Shown here piece by piece: positions 1 through 12,642 of a stretch of 58,049 nucleotides of DNA. Source of the DNA: Octopus bimaculoides. Its lineage: Eukaryota. The notes below the pieces were generated by a model. That model saw only the letters and a list, made by a program, of their open reading frames with translations, was not told the origin of the DNA and did no database searches. Position 1 is the stretch's first letter. Each line of letters begins with the position of its first letter. The stretch spans positions 22,957,719-23,015,767 of the forward strand of contig NC_068993.1 of assembly GCF_001194135.2 (NCBI RefSeq), in the 5' to 3' direction. The position numbers were made by a program, and so were the translations under genes.

Positions 1-92
1 TATATACATATATATATATATGCATACATACATACATATACACTCTTATAGTTATGCAACAGACCTAATTCCTGTAAATTATATAACTGTTC

Positions 93-710
93 CTATCCAT
101 AAAATGCAAACGTATGTCTATACATATGTAGACATCTGTAAGCTTTAAATGTAATTTTATTAATTAAGTGACCCTTGGAAAAAAGTATGAAAAATAACTC
201 CAAGTTACATAAAGAACAGGTATCTTTCCCCTTGTCGTACGGAATCGACTTCCCTATTATTAACCATTCAAGAGAGTAATCTCTTTTCTCATCTTTCAAT
301 TTCCAAATTAAACTACTGAGCGCCGTACTATTTTGTTTATTCCTATCCCTAAACGTCGAATAATGATTAGAAATTCTACTCTCGAGACTTCAAGTGACGA
401 AGCTCCAATATAACTCCAAATCTTCTTATCCGTTATAACATTACACCTATATACAATGGTTTTAGTTTTAGCATTTGCACTAAGGAATCTAGTTCTATTA
501 GGATTATCTTCAGAAATTTCTATTAATTTATTACCATAGTTAATGGTATTATCAATATCCTTTTCATTTTGAAAATTATCTCTAACATTGTCTCTAGTAT
601 AATATTTTTGCTCTCTATATTTATATCAATAAAATCATGACTAGAATTAGAGGATAAAAGTTTAAAGTTATAAGCGGCGATAATTTGGGTTAAATTTTTG
701 GTATTAGAAA
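93..710 (-). mobile_element. Degraded Penelope-like retroelement, 3' end (GIY-YIG endonuclease with C-terminal Cys/His extension)
   Basis: Minus-strand translation across a frameshift near 390 gives TIVYRCNVITDKKIWSYIGASS...SRISNHYSTFRDRNKQNSTALSSLIWKLKDEKRDYSLEWLIIGKSIPYDKGKDTCSLCNLE...LINK...RCLH, the VY..YIG / NH..SF / T.LS..IW.LK / CxLC / C.H layout of PLE endonucleases. Confidence 0.8.
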
Positions 711-723
711 AACCTTACCTTAC

Positions 724-1174
724 CTTATTCTTTCATTATTCAGCCATTTGACTGTGGCTATACTGGAGCATCACCTTTAGTCGAGCAAATCGCCGGAAGA
801 ACTTATTATTTCTAAGTCTAGTACTTATTCTATCGCTCGCTTTTGCCGAACCGCTATGTCATGGCAACGTAAATACACCAGTATCGGTTGTAATGCGATG
901 TTGGGGGAAGAAACACAGACACTCATAAAGACACACATACATACAGGTACACACACATACACACACAAACACACACACGCACACACAAACACACACACAC
1001 ATACACACACACATGCATATACGACGGGTCTCCATCTACCAAATCCGCTCACAAGGCTTTGGTCGGCCCTAGGCTATAGTACAATCACTTGCCCAAAATG
1101 CCAAGCAGTGGGCCTGAACTCGGAACAATGTGGTTGGTAAGCAAGTTACTTACCACACAGCCAATCCTGCACCT
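724..1174 (-). mobile_element. tRNA-derived SINE (family 1) with internal (CA)n tract
   Basis: Minus-strand head AGGTGCAGGAT-TGGCTGTGTGG (A-box-like, 1153-1163) and GTTCAGGCCC (B-box-like, ~1110-1119). The body matches a second copy at 48140-48300. (CA)n/(TACA)n tract at ~930-1020. Confidence 0.8.
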
Positions 1175-1544
1175 ATATACATGCATGCATGCATGCATCC
1201 ATACATCCATACATCCATACATCCATCCATCCATCCATCCATCCATACATACATACTTGCACGCACGTATGGATAGATTTTAACAACAGAAGCAGATTTG
1301 GTACCGAATTACAATTTGTTTATCCTATTTTTAGTGGATATACTGTAAGAACACTATAACACTACAAAATTTATCATAGGAAACTATCTCCTATTGATAT
1401 ATTGTGCTAGAAAGCATAGAAGTATCGGTAGAGAACTGAAATACACACACATCTATATCTATATCTATATCCATATATATTCATATATAGCAATATAGCT
1501 ACACACGTGGTGATGGTGATTTCTTTTCTGTCTTTAGAAGTTTC

Positions 1545-1680
1545 CCTCTCTATTTTCTGACGAAGTGCTATGCTCTCAACCTCAAAAACTCTCTTTCTAG
1601 CGAGTGTCAAACTAATACAATCTTTGTGCTCGTCAACGTGTTTTCTGTTAGATTTATTATTCGTGTATTTCAAATGATTG
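1545..1680 (+). mobile_element. Solo fragment of a PLE terminal repeat containing a hammerhead-like core
   Basis: CTGACGAAGTGCTATGCTC...GCGAGTGTCAAACTAATACA aligns by eye with the repeat at 6640-6703 (minus) and 48011-48075 (plus). Confidence 0.55.
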
Positions 1681-1709
1681 TTCATTTGAATAGAGTGTAT
1701 ATATATATC

Positions 1710-2200
1710 TCGAACGATTTCACGATTACCAGAATAAAATCTAGCTTTCGCTCATCAGTATATGTTTATTTGGGAAGTATAGTGTGTGGCATTATTCTGT
1801 AGTAATGCCCTTATATAAATATAAATGAATAACTATATTCTTGGGAATAAAAAAAATGATGGGTTTTTTTCCCTTATGAATTTTTTACACACTAGCTTCC
1901 TGATAAAATTCTTGTAAAAGATTTGTTATCCCATTTTTGAATTTATTTATTAAATATATATCCGGAATATATTCAATGCTGAATTTTATTCCGTTTTAGA
2001 CACGTGTACCGAGAGCAACTCAAAAAATTCCCGCTTTTTGCATAGATGTATAGGGATAAACATTATTCCGTTTGCTATGTCGGATACATAAGGTGTTCGT
2101 TTTGGTAAGGTGAGGATTTTGTTTATTTTTATATGTCTGTACCGTACTATACTGATGAGCGAAAGGTAGATTTTATTCTGGTAATCGTGAAATCGTTCGA
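1710..2200. mobile_element. MITE / non-autonomous TIR DNA transposon (~490 bp)
   Basis: 53-bp terminal inverted repeats at 1710-1762 and 2148-2200, 52/53 identical. Flanked by TA-rich sequence; AT-rich non-coding interior. Confidence 0.8.
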
Positions 2201-3199
2201 TATATAGTTGAGTTCATTTTTTTAAAAAGTTTTTTTTTGTAAGATTTGCTTGTGGCAATATTCTGTAGTAATGCCCTTATATAAATATAAATGAATAACT
2301 ATATTCTTCGGAATAAAAAAATGTTTGTTTCCGCTATNNNNNNNNNNNNNNNNNNNNNNNNNNNNNNNNNNNNNNNNNNNNNNNNNNNNNNNNNNNNNNN
2401 NNNNNNNNNNNNNNNNNNNNNNNNNNNNNNNNNATACATACATACATACATACATACACATATATTTTGTTGTAGCTAAGAAGAGAGAGTTTGCCAATGT
2501 TATTAACACACGCACAGGTTCAATTCCGTGCCTTTATTATTACTCAACTGGTTAAATATCCAACTAGTTAATCGACTGTTTGTTTGACTTGAATAAACAA
2601 TGAGTCATTTGTTATATAATTAGCATTCAGTGTAGGTCTCCCGGTACGTGACCGGTCATGAATATCAAGACTAGTCGTGAAACTGTAAATTGATAGCAGA
2701 ATGTGAAATTGCATTAACCTAATAGATTTCAAAATTTATTTTCCTGCTATTACGTGTCCCTATTTGCTCTGAAATTTGAGTTTTCTACAATTGCGTTTTA
2801 TTCCTTCTTAATTTCAAACTATCATTCTGTTCTGTTTAGATTGAGATCTCCCCATCAATAAATAGTGATGATAGTCAATGATTTAAGGCTGTTTGCGTGA
2901 CATATTGGAATATGATTTTGCTTTCTAGAGGGCAAATAATTTTCCATGTCGTAATCGCATCAGAAATCTGAAATAACTGGGTTGTGTGACACAGTGAACT
3001 TACTGCAAAAGTTACTTTACTAAGACAGTCCGTGTTTTCTCGAAGTTTTCTGCTCGAGTAAAAGATTTTGGAATTGAAATCTCTCGACTATTTTGATGCG
3101 TCTTTGATTCATGTCTTTAGATTTTTATAATAATCTATATGTATAACTGATGTTTCACTGTAAAATACGCTATATGGGAATATTTATAGGAAACAGTGT

Positions 3200-3920
3200 G
3201 GTTTAGCAACAGGCAAGTACTGGTGAACATATCTTCAGACGAAAATGCCTGTCCGTTGTTCCGATGTCTCTGGATTCTTCGCACGGTGTTTTACTGTCAG
3301 ATTATGTTATTGCTCTAACTGGCCCAGGATATATCGATTTTCTTCCACATTCTTCTTTCTATATTTGATCTCACTATAATGTCCATTTCTATGTAGTTCA
3401 TTACATGCTTCATTTCTCTCTAACCAACTGCTCCTGAGCGCCATCTACAAGCATTCCCGATATCCAATACTAAATCTGCGTTAATTTCATGACTTGTATT
3501 TTCGGAAACATCATTCAATTGAATCGCATCAGTCTTATGTCATTGAATATTGCATAAGAACAATTGCTACACGTTCATGAAAGAAAAATATTGTAACTTT
3601 CTTAAATATGAAGAGCAAGTAGTTAGGTCCTCATCGTATCTGTAAGCTGTAGATGCAGCATGCCTACATTAAGAATGACTGCATTGAGCCTTCTACTAAC
3701 TCTCCGTATCAGGATTTCCATCACCTACAAAGCTGAAAGTAAATCGAGTAATACTGCTGCTTCTTATTCAAACATCGTAAACCGCATCCAAATCACCTCC
3801 AGTCGTCTGATTAGCGTGAAGTTATTCACCAGTAAGCTTTAAATTATAGTACACAAATCTATTGTACCCTTCCTGCATTTTTGTGCCACTGTGCATTCTC
3901 CTCTTTGCACTTCTCTGACC
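3200..3920 (-). mobile_element. Highly degraded LINE reverse-transcriptase remnant (RTE-like)
   Basis: Minus-strand fragments QKCRKGTID, AYRYDEDL (YADD-like) and a HR.RRIQRHR..GH-like C-terminal stretch in RT order, with many stops and frameshifts. Confidence 0.4.
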
Positions 3921-5779
3921 TTTTGGCTTCTCTATTCAGCCAGCCCAATTTCACCCACCTATTCTTTCTTAACCCAAACTGAATAAACCCATATTTCTTC
4001 AGCCTTCCATTTTCAAGTGTTTAAGAGGAAACGTATCCACCTATTTTGAGGAGAGGATGTAGCCCCTAAATTAGACCCAGACAATAAAAAAAAATATTGA
4101 CCGCTATAAGTAAATAATATCAATGAGATAAGTAAGAGATAAGTGGATATCATGTTCATAACGTTAATATAATTTACATATCACTGAAAATGACCTCATA
4201 TATACATTAAACTACAAATGGAGTATAAAGCTGGGCATTGTTAAAATGCCTTGTAAATCACTTTTCTTTCTTTCTATTTCCTGTTAGTTTCAAAACTTCT
4301 AAAATTACAAGTCTTCAATAGAATTAAACTCACACTCTTTTAAGGTATACACTTAACAATGATTTTATAATGGAAGTCGATTCTCTCTGTCTTACATCTT
4401 TATTTTGATGCTTTAATTGGTCAAGAGTCTTGCTAACGAGCTGGGTTCTTTTTGTATGTAAACACTCAGCCTCAATGAAGCCACTACACTTCTGCATATC
4501 CTTTCATAGCAGCCATAGGGGAATAATTAAATTACGTGCGAGACGGAAATAGGTTGTCTTCGAAGAGCTGATCTTCAAAGAAGCGAAATCTATTGATTAT
4601 CTAGCTCATTTATGACGATCAACAACAATGAAAGAATCAGAAACGTACCTACTTACATACTGATCCACATACGTTTATACAGAAAGGCAGGCAAACATTA
4701 CGATGTACAAAGTTTTACGAATATCGACAGAGTATACATACATGTTGTCAAGTGTCACCACATAAACACTGTTACTTGAATATTCTTAGTTTTACTTATA
4801 ATCACATGAATGTGATGATAATTTAAACGCGTTCTCCACTCATCGTATTGCAAATAAAACAGTACTCACGTTCATACATAAATACATTCGAGCATACACT
4901 CTGAAGCAGTCAGTATATGATGCAAATACATACAAACACACATTCATATAGAAACTTGTTACCAAAAACTACTGGCTTGAGAGAGTGTATTATATAAATC
5001 ACAGCCACTTATTGAGGGAAAATTACATTCATGCTTCATTTAAAACAGGAAGAGGGAGAAAATGTGTGGTTGTATATATATGTTTCTATGTATGTATGAT
5101 TGTACGTGCATATGTGGATTGTGAGTGAGTGTATATGTATATGCAAGTGAATGCATATAAGAGTGAGTGTGTGTATGTGTATTTGTATGTGTGTAAATAT
5201 TTTTCTTTTGCTTTTATTTGATAACTAACGGCTGAATAGCTTCCAGGGGCAATCTGTATGAGGATACTCGACTTCCGTCTGGCTGGAGGGCAGAACCACC
5301 TTCATTATCTTCTATCCGAACAATTAATTATTAATACATACATTTCTGAAGAACTAGAGAAAATCTAGTTATATGAAGCCGTTATCTTAACACACATACA
5401 TATCCAAGTGAATCATTCATATATATATATATATATATATATATGTGTTTATATANNNNNNNNNNNNNNNNNNNNNNNNNNNNNNNNNNNNNNNNNNNNN
5501 NNNNNNNNNNNNNNNNNNNNNNNNNNNNNNNNNNNNNNNNNNNNNNNNNNNNNNNNNNNNNNNNNNNNNNNNNNNNNNNNNNNNNNNNNNNNNNNNNNNN
5601 NNNNNNNNNNNNNNNNNNNNNNNNNNNNNNNNNNATATATATATATATATATATAAACACACACATATGAACACGTATATGTGTGTTTATAACTATAAAC
5701 GCATACATATGTAAACATATAGATTGACGCATACACAGAGGTATATATCTACTTATCCATCTATCTGCCTGTCTAACAC

Positions 5780-5847
<68 letters not shown>

Positions 5848-5880
5848 CCTATCTATCTATCTATTTATCTATCTATCTGT
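5780..5880. repeat. (TCTA)n tetranucleotide microsatellite
   Basis: Directly visible tandem TCTA units. Confidence 0.95.
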
Positions 5881-6474
5881 CTATTTTTGTTTGCGTGTTT
5901 ATTTAAATACTTACATATATAATACCGTTTCGTTTTACATAGGAGAAATCTATTGAGTAAATTTCATTCAGGTACTGTGAATAATGAAGAAAATGCAAAC
6001 ACTGAAATTTCGAAATCGAATACACTTAAATATTTTGTTTCCGTTGAAATACAGAAATGGATTTAGACAACGAAAAATGCATGAAAATTGTCTAATACTA
6101 AGTGGGCTATTTACTTACCCAATACGTTAATGAACTACCCTTCCTGAAATATGCAAATGAGCAAATACAGCACTCATGAATTCCTTCATTGCTTTGATAT
6201 GTCTGTGTTGACACAAATAGAGAATTGGCGAAATTTTATAAATTAAGAATCATTTACAAACATTGCCAAGACGTGTAATGTCGGGCATGTATGTAAATAT
6301 GCATGTATGATCTTATGTATGTAAGTATGTATCCATGTATGGCTATAAGAATAAACGTGTGTATAGAAACTTGTATGTATGTTTGCAAATATGTATGCAC
6401 GTATCTATATCATGGGTACGGATGTACTGTATGTAAGTATGTATGTTTGTATGCACGTATGCATGTATACATAC

Positions 6475-6516
<42 letters not shown>

Positions 6517-6559
6517 CTGTAGGTATATGTGTATATATATGTATATATATTGCCAAGTC

Positions 6560-7930
6560 CGATGATTTGGAGGTGCCCATATAGTTCAAATTTACAGAAA
6601 ACAAAAGACGAAGATAGGTGTAGGAAAAACAAGATGGTGTATTAGGCCAACGCTCGGGAAAATGCAAAAATCTTTTAAGTTTCGAGCCTATGCTCTTCGA
6701 CAGTAAGGTTTAAGAGGGAAAAATGGCGATATGAGTAGAAAAATGTGAGGTTGAATGAAAGGTAATGGTGATTCCAACGTACGATGGTGCACAAATGTGT
6801 GTGTGTGTGTGTGAGAATGATGTGTGTGAGTGTGTATGAGAGAATGATGCATGTGAGTGTGTATGTGTGAATATGGAGTGAGTGAGCCTAACGTGTGCGT
6901 GTGTGAGTTGCGTGTGGCAGTTGATGTGTACTTGTTCAGGTAGCGTGTGCACATGTATATGTGTGTGTATACATGAGTTTCTGTGAACAAATAATGTGCA
7001 TGTATATAGTGTTTGTTTGTGGGCGAAAGGTATCTTTGTCTGTGTGTGTTGCGTGTGTTCATACGTGTTGTATGTGTGTGCATATATTGTCTGGGTTCAA
7101 GCAATATGTACTTGTGTGGGTGTAGTTATGTGCATGAGTGTGTGTGGTGTGTTTACTGAGTTAAACTCTGTGTGTAGATACTCGTATAGTGATATGTGTG
7201 GTGACGGCATGTAAGATTGTATGTGTTGGTGTGTGGTGATGGTATGTGGTGTGGGTGCTGACACCGAGATATCATTGCGAAGTCTGATGTCTCGGAGGTG
7301 CCCTGCCAACTAGTCAGCCAACCGGTGTCTTGTTTGACCAATCTACAGGGAAGGACGGAGAGAGCAAGAGATGCAGTAAATAATATTACTGGAGGTGCAG
7401 GTAAAGAAGTCAGTGACATGATAGGGACGGTGATGGCTGCCAGTGAGGATGATGATATGGGAAAGGTAGAGGCATGTGTGACAGCGTAGAAGGGACAGGG
7501 GAAGCAGCCAGGTTGGAAGGCAGGATTAATGAAGAAACTGTGGACCAGGAGGTCATGCAGGTTATGGGCTCGTTTGAAGGGGAGAAAGAATATGTTAGGG
7601 AAGATGTTCGAGATGGAGGTGTCGGACTGCAGTCGCTGGAAGGCTCGGAGAATGGTTCATTGGAGGGGTAGGGTCGAGGGGTTGTAGGTAAAGGAATGGG
7701 AGACGGGTAAGGGAAGGGCAGTAGCGAGAAGAAAGAGCACAGGCACGATCCACAGATCTTGCCCAGTCAAGGGCAGTGTGGATAATGGTGAGGAGATATC
7801 CACGTAGGATGAGCCATGAGTTCAGACTGAATCTCAGTCATAGTAGTCACTGTAGCACATGAATAGAAGGAGTAATTGGGAGTAGAGGTGGAGAACTTAG
7901 TATGGGTTGGGTGGGAAGAGGAGACGTTAA
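6560..7930 (-). mobile_element. Neptune-type Penelope-like retroelement, 3' half (RT thumb, Cys linker, GIY-YIG) plus 3' terminal repeat
   Basis: Minus-strand translation with frameshifts: LRGYLLTIIHTALDWARSVDR, FQRLQSDTSISNIFP, FKRAHNLHDLLVHS, PGCFPC..RCHTC, FTCTSSNIIYCISCSL...*IGQTRHRLAD*LAGHLRDI (~7255-7900). It is followed by a TG-rich simple tract and a terminal repeat shared with 1545-1680 and 47955-48135. Confidence 0.85.
6671..6703 (-). ncRNA. Degenerate minimal hammerhead-ribozyme-like motif in PLE 3' repeat
   Basis: Minus strand CTGTCGA-A-GAGC-ATAG-GCTC-GAAAC-TTA-AAAGA: core with A6 changed to U, perfect 4-bp stem II, GAAA. Confidence 0.5.
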
Positions 7931-8171
7931 TGTAGGAGTGTGAGTCAGTGTGTATATATATTTATGTGCGTGTGTATATGTATATATATATATATATATA
8001 TATNNNNNNNNNNNNNNNNNNNNNNNNNNNNNNNNNNNNNNNNNNNNNNNNNNNNNNNNNNNNNNNNNNNNNNNNNNNNNNNNNNNNNNNNNNNNNNNNN
8101 NNNNNNNNNNNNNNNNNNNNNNNNNNNNNNNNNNNNNNNNNNNNNNNNNNNNNNNNNNNNNNNNNNNNNNN

Positions 8172-8203
<32 letters not shown>

Positions 8204-11200
8204 TACACATATATATTATATATACCTATCTACCTACCTCTGTATCTAAACATTTCTCAATCTACATCTGTTTGTCTCTCTGTCGGTATATATTTATGTA
8301 TGTACGTATGTATGCATTTATAATTATGTAGTCTAATAACACACCACCACCACCACCACACATACAATATCATTCTGTCCAAATTTTGTTCATATCATTG
8401 CTAATAGTTTATATAGATCTATGCTTTTTATAACGTTATCATATACTCTCAACTGTTATAGCTGTGCTCTACTCTTTCAGATGTTGTATATTCTTAATCA
8501 GAGCCACTTTTATATTTACTTAATACGTTTAGAAACAAATAGGGTTAATATAAAACAGTAGTAGACCAAGATGATTAGTTGTTTCAACTATTTTATTGTA
8601 TCATTATACATGGTTAAAAATCGCAACACAGTTGATTGAGCTATCGTATGGATTAAGTGTCAAAAGATTAATGCTAGTATTATATAGCTAAATATTTAGT
8701 AAAATTCTCTGCGGATAATTACGTTTAAAAACAATTGGAAATGTATAAAATTAGGTCCCATAAATATATACACAATATTTACTAAAATACACCGCAATAT
8801 CGTAATGGAAAGTTAAAAAGCCACGTTTTTCCTGCTTCTGACATACAACGATATTCAATGAATTTGCAAGAATCACAAGTAATTTCAATTGGTAATTGGG
8901 TGCATCTGTTTTCGATTTTTGCTATAGAATATAAATTTCTCTTTCGTATGAATTCGTACATGTAGCTTTGTAAGGAACCAGCACTAAAACATTCGAGACA
9001 TAAAAATGGAATTAGCTACATTTGATCCATGGTTAACGAGAAGGAAATATTTAGCTGAGCCACCCCAAGGCTAGCTTCGTCCACTAACTGGTTTTAGTAA
9101 AAATTGGTAATTAGTCTCCTCGTCAATATTTTAATGGATGTTAGAAGACTTCTGAAAATGAAAATTGCTAGTCAATCGGAGTAATGACTCTCCCTCGAGA
9201 AAACAGTAGTATAAATTACATTATAAACTAATTCTATCAACGTTTGTCTTAATTACAAGTTCGGTATCTCTTCAAAGACTATTTATCGCTCAAATTCCAA
9301 TTTCTTCTTTTCTAGTCTGCAAAATGGCATTTGATAGAGACCGATGATAAATAAAGACGTGCAACCCGATTACAAAGATTGCATTAGTTGAAACAATACA
9401 CTTTTATAGTATTGTTTTTTTTCAAAACAAGAACAATTCATTATAAAATATTTACACCAAACTTCGTTCGGCAAGACCGGGCGGACCATCGTAATTATTC
9501 AAAGGAAATATACATGTCGAATCTATATTTACTTGCAGTGTTGATGATGTGTAAAAAACTAAGAATCTTCTGAGTGTCCAATGCGTTGAATTGAATACCT
9601 GGTGTCAGAAGTTAAACTTTGTTAAGCGAAAGTATTGTTCAAATTCCATTTACTTTGGTTTAAATTGGATGACATTACTAACAGTACAAAATAGCAGCAA
9701 CCATGTAAAATAAAATAGCTATTAGAAGACGAATGGCACAATGAAAGCATTATCAATGCATCGTTTACTCTTAACTCTAATATCACTTATAATAAAAGGA
9801 GAACTTGAGAAAAGGCAAAAAAGTAGTTAAATTGCCCATTTTCTATTTCGAAATTAGATTACATGCTAGATGGTGAGATAGCAGGGCATCTAATCTTGAT
9901 AATTTAGTCGAAGATATACTTTTCATTGGCAAAGTTTGAATTTCTTCCTGGTCGTAAGAAATAGATATTCCCATTGAAATAATAACCAAACTATCTTCCT
10001 CGATAATCCTAGACAAGGCAGAAATATGATAATGTTAACAATACAATTATGTCGTGATGCCCAACGTTAATATAAAGCAGATACAGTTATTGAGGTAAAA
10101 ATATGTTTATACTTCACAAAGAACCTTGGATGCTCAGCCATTAGATTTAACGTCTATTGATGTTGCGATTTAATGAATGATTCTATAATTTATAGTCGAT
10201 CGATTACATTAAATTTCGATTTTCACTTTAAAATCTAGCATAGAAAAGAACGGACATATACAAAGAAACGTAAGTGCTTTGTGCGTGTACGAATATGTGT
10301 GTTTATATGTGTCTGCGTGTGTGGTTGTGTGTATCAGCACGTGAGCTATGGACATATGTGCGTTTATTGAACAGGCAAATGGTGTGTGTTTGTATGTCCG
10401 TTTATCATTGTATGTATTAGTAAAAAAATAGTAACCTATTTTGAAAATCAGATTACTGGAAGATTCTTTTCCTTTTAAATTCTATACAATTAATAGCGCT
10501 CTATTATTTGATTATCTTTGATACTTCTTCGGAGCCTGCAGCAATTGCGAAGATAGAGCATCTTTTAAGTAATGTATTATTACTACGTAAACTTCACGTG
10601 CTATAATGTTGTTTTAGTATGGATTCATAGCTAAATATTTCAACCGAACCTGTCAAGAGTAAAAATATAGTGCTGTAATCTGAAACCACAACTACATCTT
10701 CAGTAATGCGCGCGCACACACACACACACCGTGGTATATGCACAATGTTTAAATAATAAGAGCAAGAGTGATTGAATTAATTATTTCGCCGTGTACGTAA
10801 GTCTTGATGGTAGAGAATTTGTGTCTACAATTTCTTCCGAAAATAAATAATTAAACGAATGGAAGAATAATTCACAGACATTATTTAAATAGCAAAAGCC
10901 AGGAAAACATTAAGATACATTGTATACATAAGAAGGCTAGAGAAAGTTACGTTGTACATATCTGCGTTAGCTGGTAATTCAACTGATAGTTTCTACTTTT
11001 AAGTTTCACATAGACTTTAATAATTATTGTGAGATATATAGCACTAAACCTTATCGCATATTAATAGTAATGTTAGCAACTATACAGTTAATAGTTTGGA
11101 AGTCACCGTCACAATATGGTCATCGATTTTATTACTGTATCTAAAGTGAACAAAATAGCTATAATATAGTGTGCTGTAATCAAATTATTATTAGCAGTGC

Positions 11201-11427
11201 TAAATGCCAGCATGTGAATAACATAGCACCGATCAATTCTGTCATTGCACAAAGCAACTTGTTTACTGCATCTGTATCTTATACGACACCACCTTCTACT
11301 ATTCAAACAAGCAACTACCCATAATTAGAAATGTAATAGGAATCGTTGTAAGGATTTGATCATAGGGAACAAATATTACATAGAATTTACTTCAAGTTAT
11401 TTCAAACATGCATGATTTCTTAAACTA

Positions 11428-12642
11428 TCTGGCTGAGTAAAAAGAAAGCAACGTTTTGAAACATGCAATTCATCACAATATATTTCAGCAATGCGGAAAT
11501 TTTATTCTTCAAAGTAAGTACCATTACAATCAACACATTTTTGCAAACAAGTTTGTTTATTCCAGTAGCATAAAAATCTGGTAATCCGGGGTTCTAGAGC
11601 TGATGAACTCTTTGAACTCATTCTTGGCATTGGTTTGATTTTGGAACTCCTTCTCTCGCAAGAAACCATCAAGATAGTTTAAAAAGTGGTGTTCGGTAGG
11701 AGAAAGTTCTGGGGAATATACTGGGTGGGGAAGAACTTCGTAGCCAAGTTCACTCAACTTCTAGAGCATCATGTGGTCGAGCATTGTCATGAAGAATGAT
11801 TGGCCGTCTTCTGTTGACCAATCTGGGATGGAGGAGTAGCAGTTTTTCGTTCATTTTGGCAATTTCCTGGCAATATGTGTCTGCAGCAATGGTTTTTCCA
11901 AGTTTTAAGAAGTTATAGTGGATTAGTCCAGCAGTACACTACCAAACAGTCACCATAACCTTCGTTTTGAAGAGCTTGGGTTTAGGGAAGGTTTTCGGTG
12001 CTTCATTTTGGTCCAACTGCTGTGAAGGACATTTTTTATTATTATTCTGCAGAATCCTCTTTACATCGCAAGTTAGAATACGGTAAAGCAATGGATAGAC
12101 CTGATTACGGAAAAGAAGTGACGTCTAAATTTCATATCTGCACATTTTCTTATTTTCATTCAAATCGTGTGATACCCATTTGTGGAGCTTTTTTGATTTC
12201 CCGATCGTATGCAAATGGTTGCAGGCAGTTTTCTGACTAACTTGAATATCTTTGGCTAGTTCCCGAGTGGTTTTACGTGGATCTTTCTCATTGACGGTCT
12301 TTAATTGACCGCCATCTTCAAGGCTCAGGTCTCCACTGCCAAATCGTTTAAACCATTTTCGAGCTGACCACTCACCGAACGTTTCGTTGATATCGCGAGC
12401 AGTTTCAACTGTTTTACTTCTTTTTTTGAAGTTGAATTGCACAATTGCTCGAATATCGCACTTTGACAATCCCATTTCAGATGATTGTAACAACGGCGAA
12501 AAAATATCGATATCAAGTCTATGACTGTATTATCAGACAATTGCAAAAAAAAAAAAAAAAAGTTAAAAAATTCGAAACTGTGCAAAAATCTGGTACAAAT
12601 TCTTCATGTTTCAAAACCTTGCTTACTTTTTACTCAAACTGA
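11428..12642 (-). mobile_element. Full-length but inactivated mariner (Tc1/mariner) DNA transposon
   Basis: 38-bp TIRs at 11428-11465 and 12605-12642 (33/38 identical), each flanked by TA. Transposase fragments: N-terminal HTH (ETARDINETFG...RKWFKRF), WVSHDL (WVPHEL), TCDVKRI, HDNARPH, YSPELSPTEHHF. Stops, frameshifts and deletions are present. Confidence 0.93.

Noticed and set aside
1100-1174. tRNA-like heads (also 21933, 41500)
   Set aside because: No complete cloverleaf; they continue into SINE bodies, so they are not tRNA genes.
2152-2166. CTGATGAGCGAAAG (and its inverse at 1745-1759) looks like a hammerhead core
   Set aside because: No room for stem II between CTGATGA and GAAA and no stem I; it is part of the MITE TIR.
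4548-4595. Hairpin-rich stretch with CTGATCTTCAAAGAAGCGAAA
   Set aside because: Core is not CUGANGA and stems do not fall in register.
5345-5372. CTGAAGA followed by an ACTAGA/TCTAGT hairpin
   Set aside because: No GAAA after the stem and no stem I.
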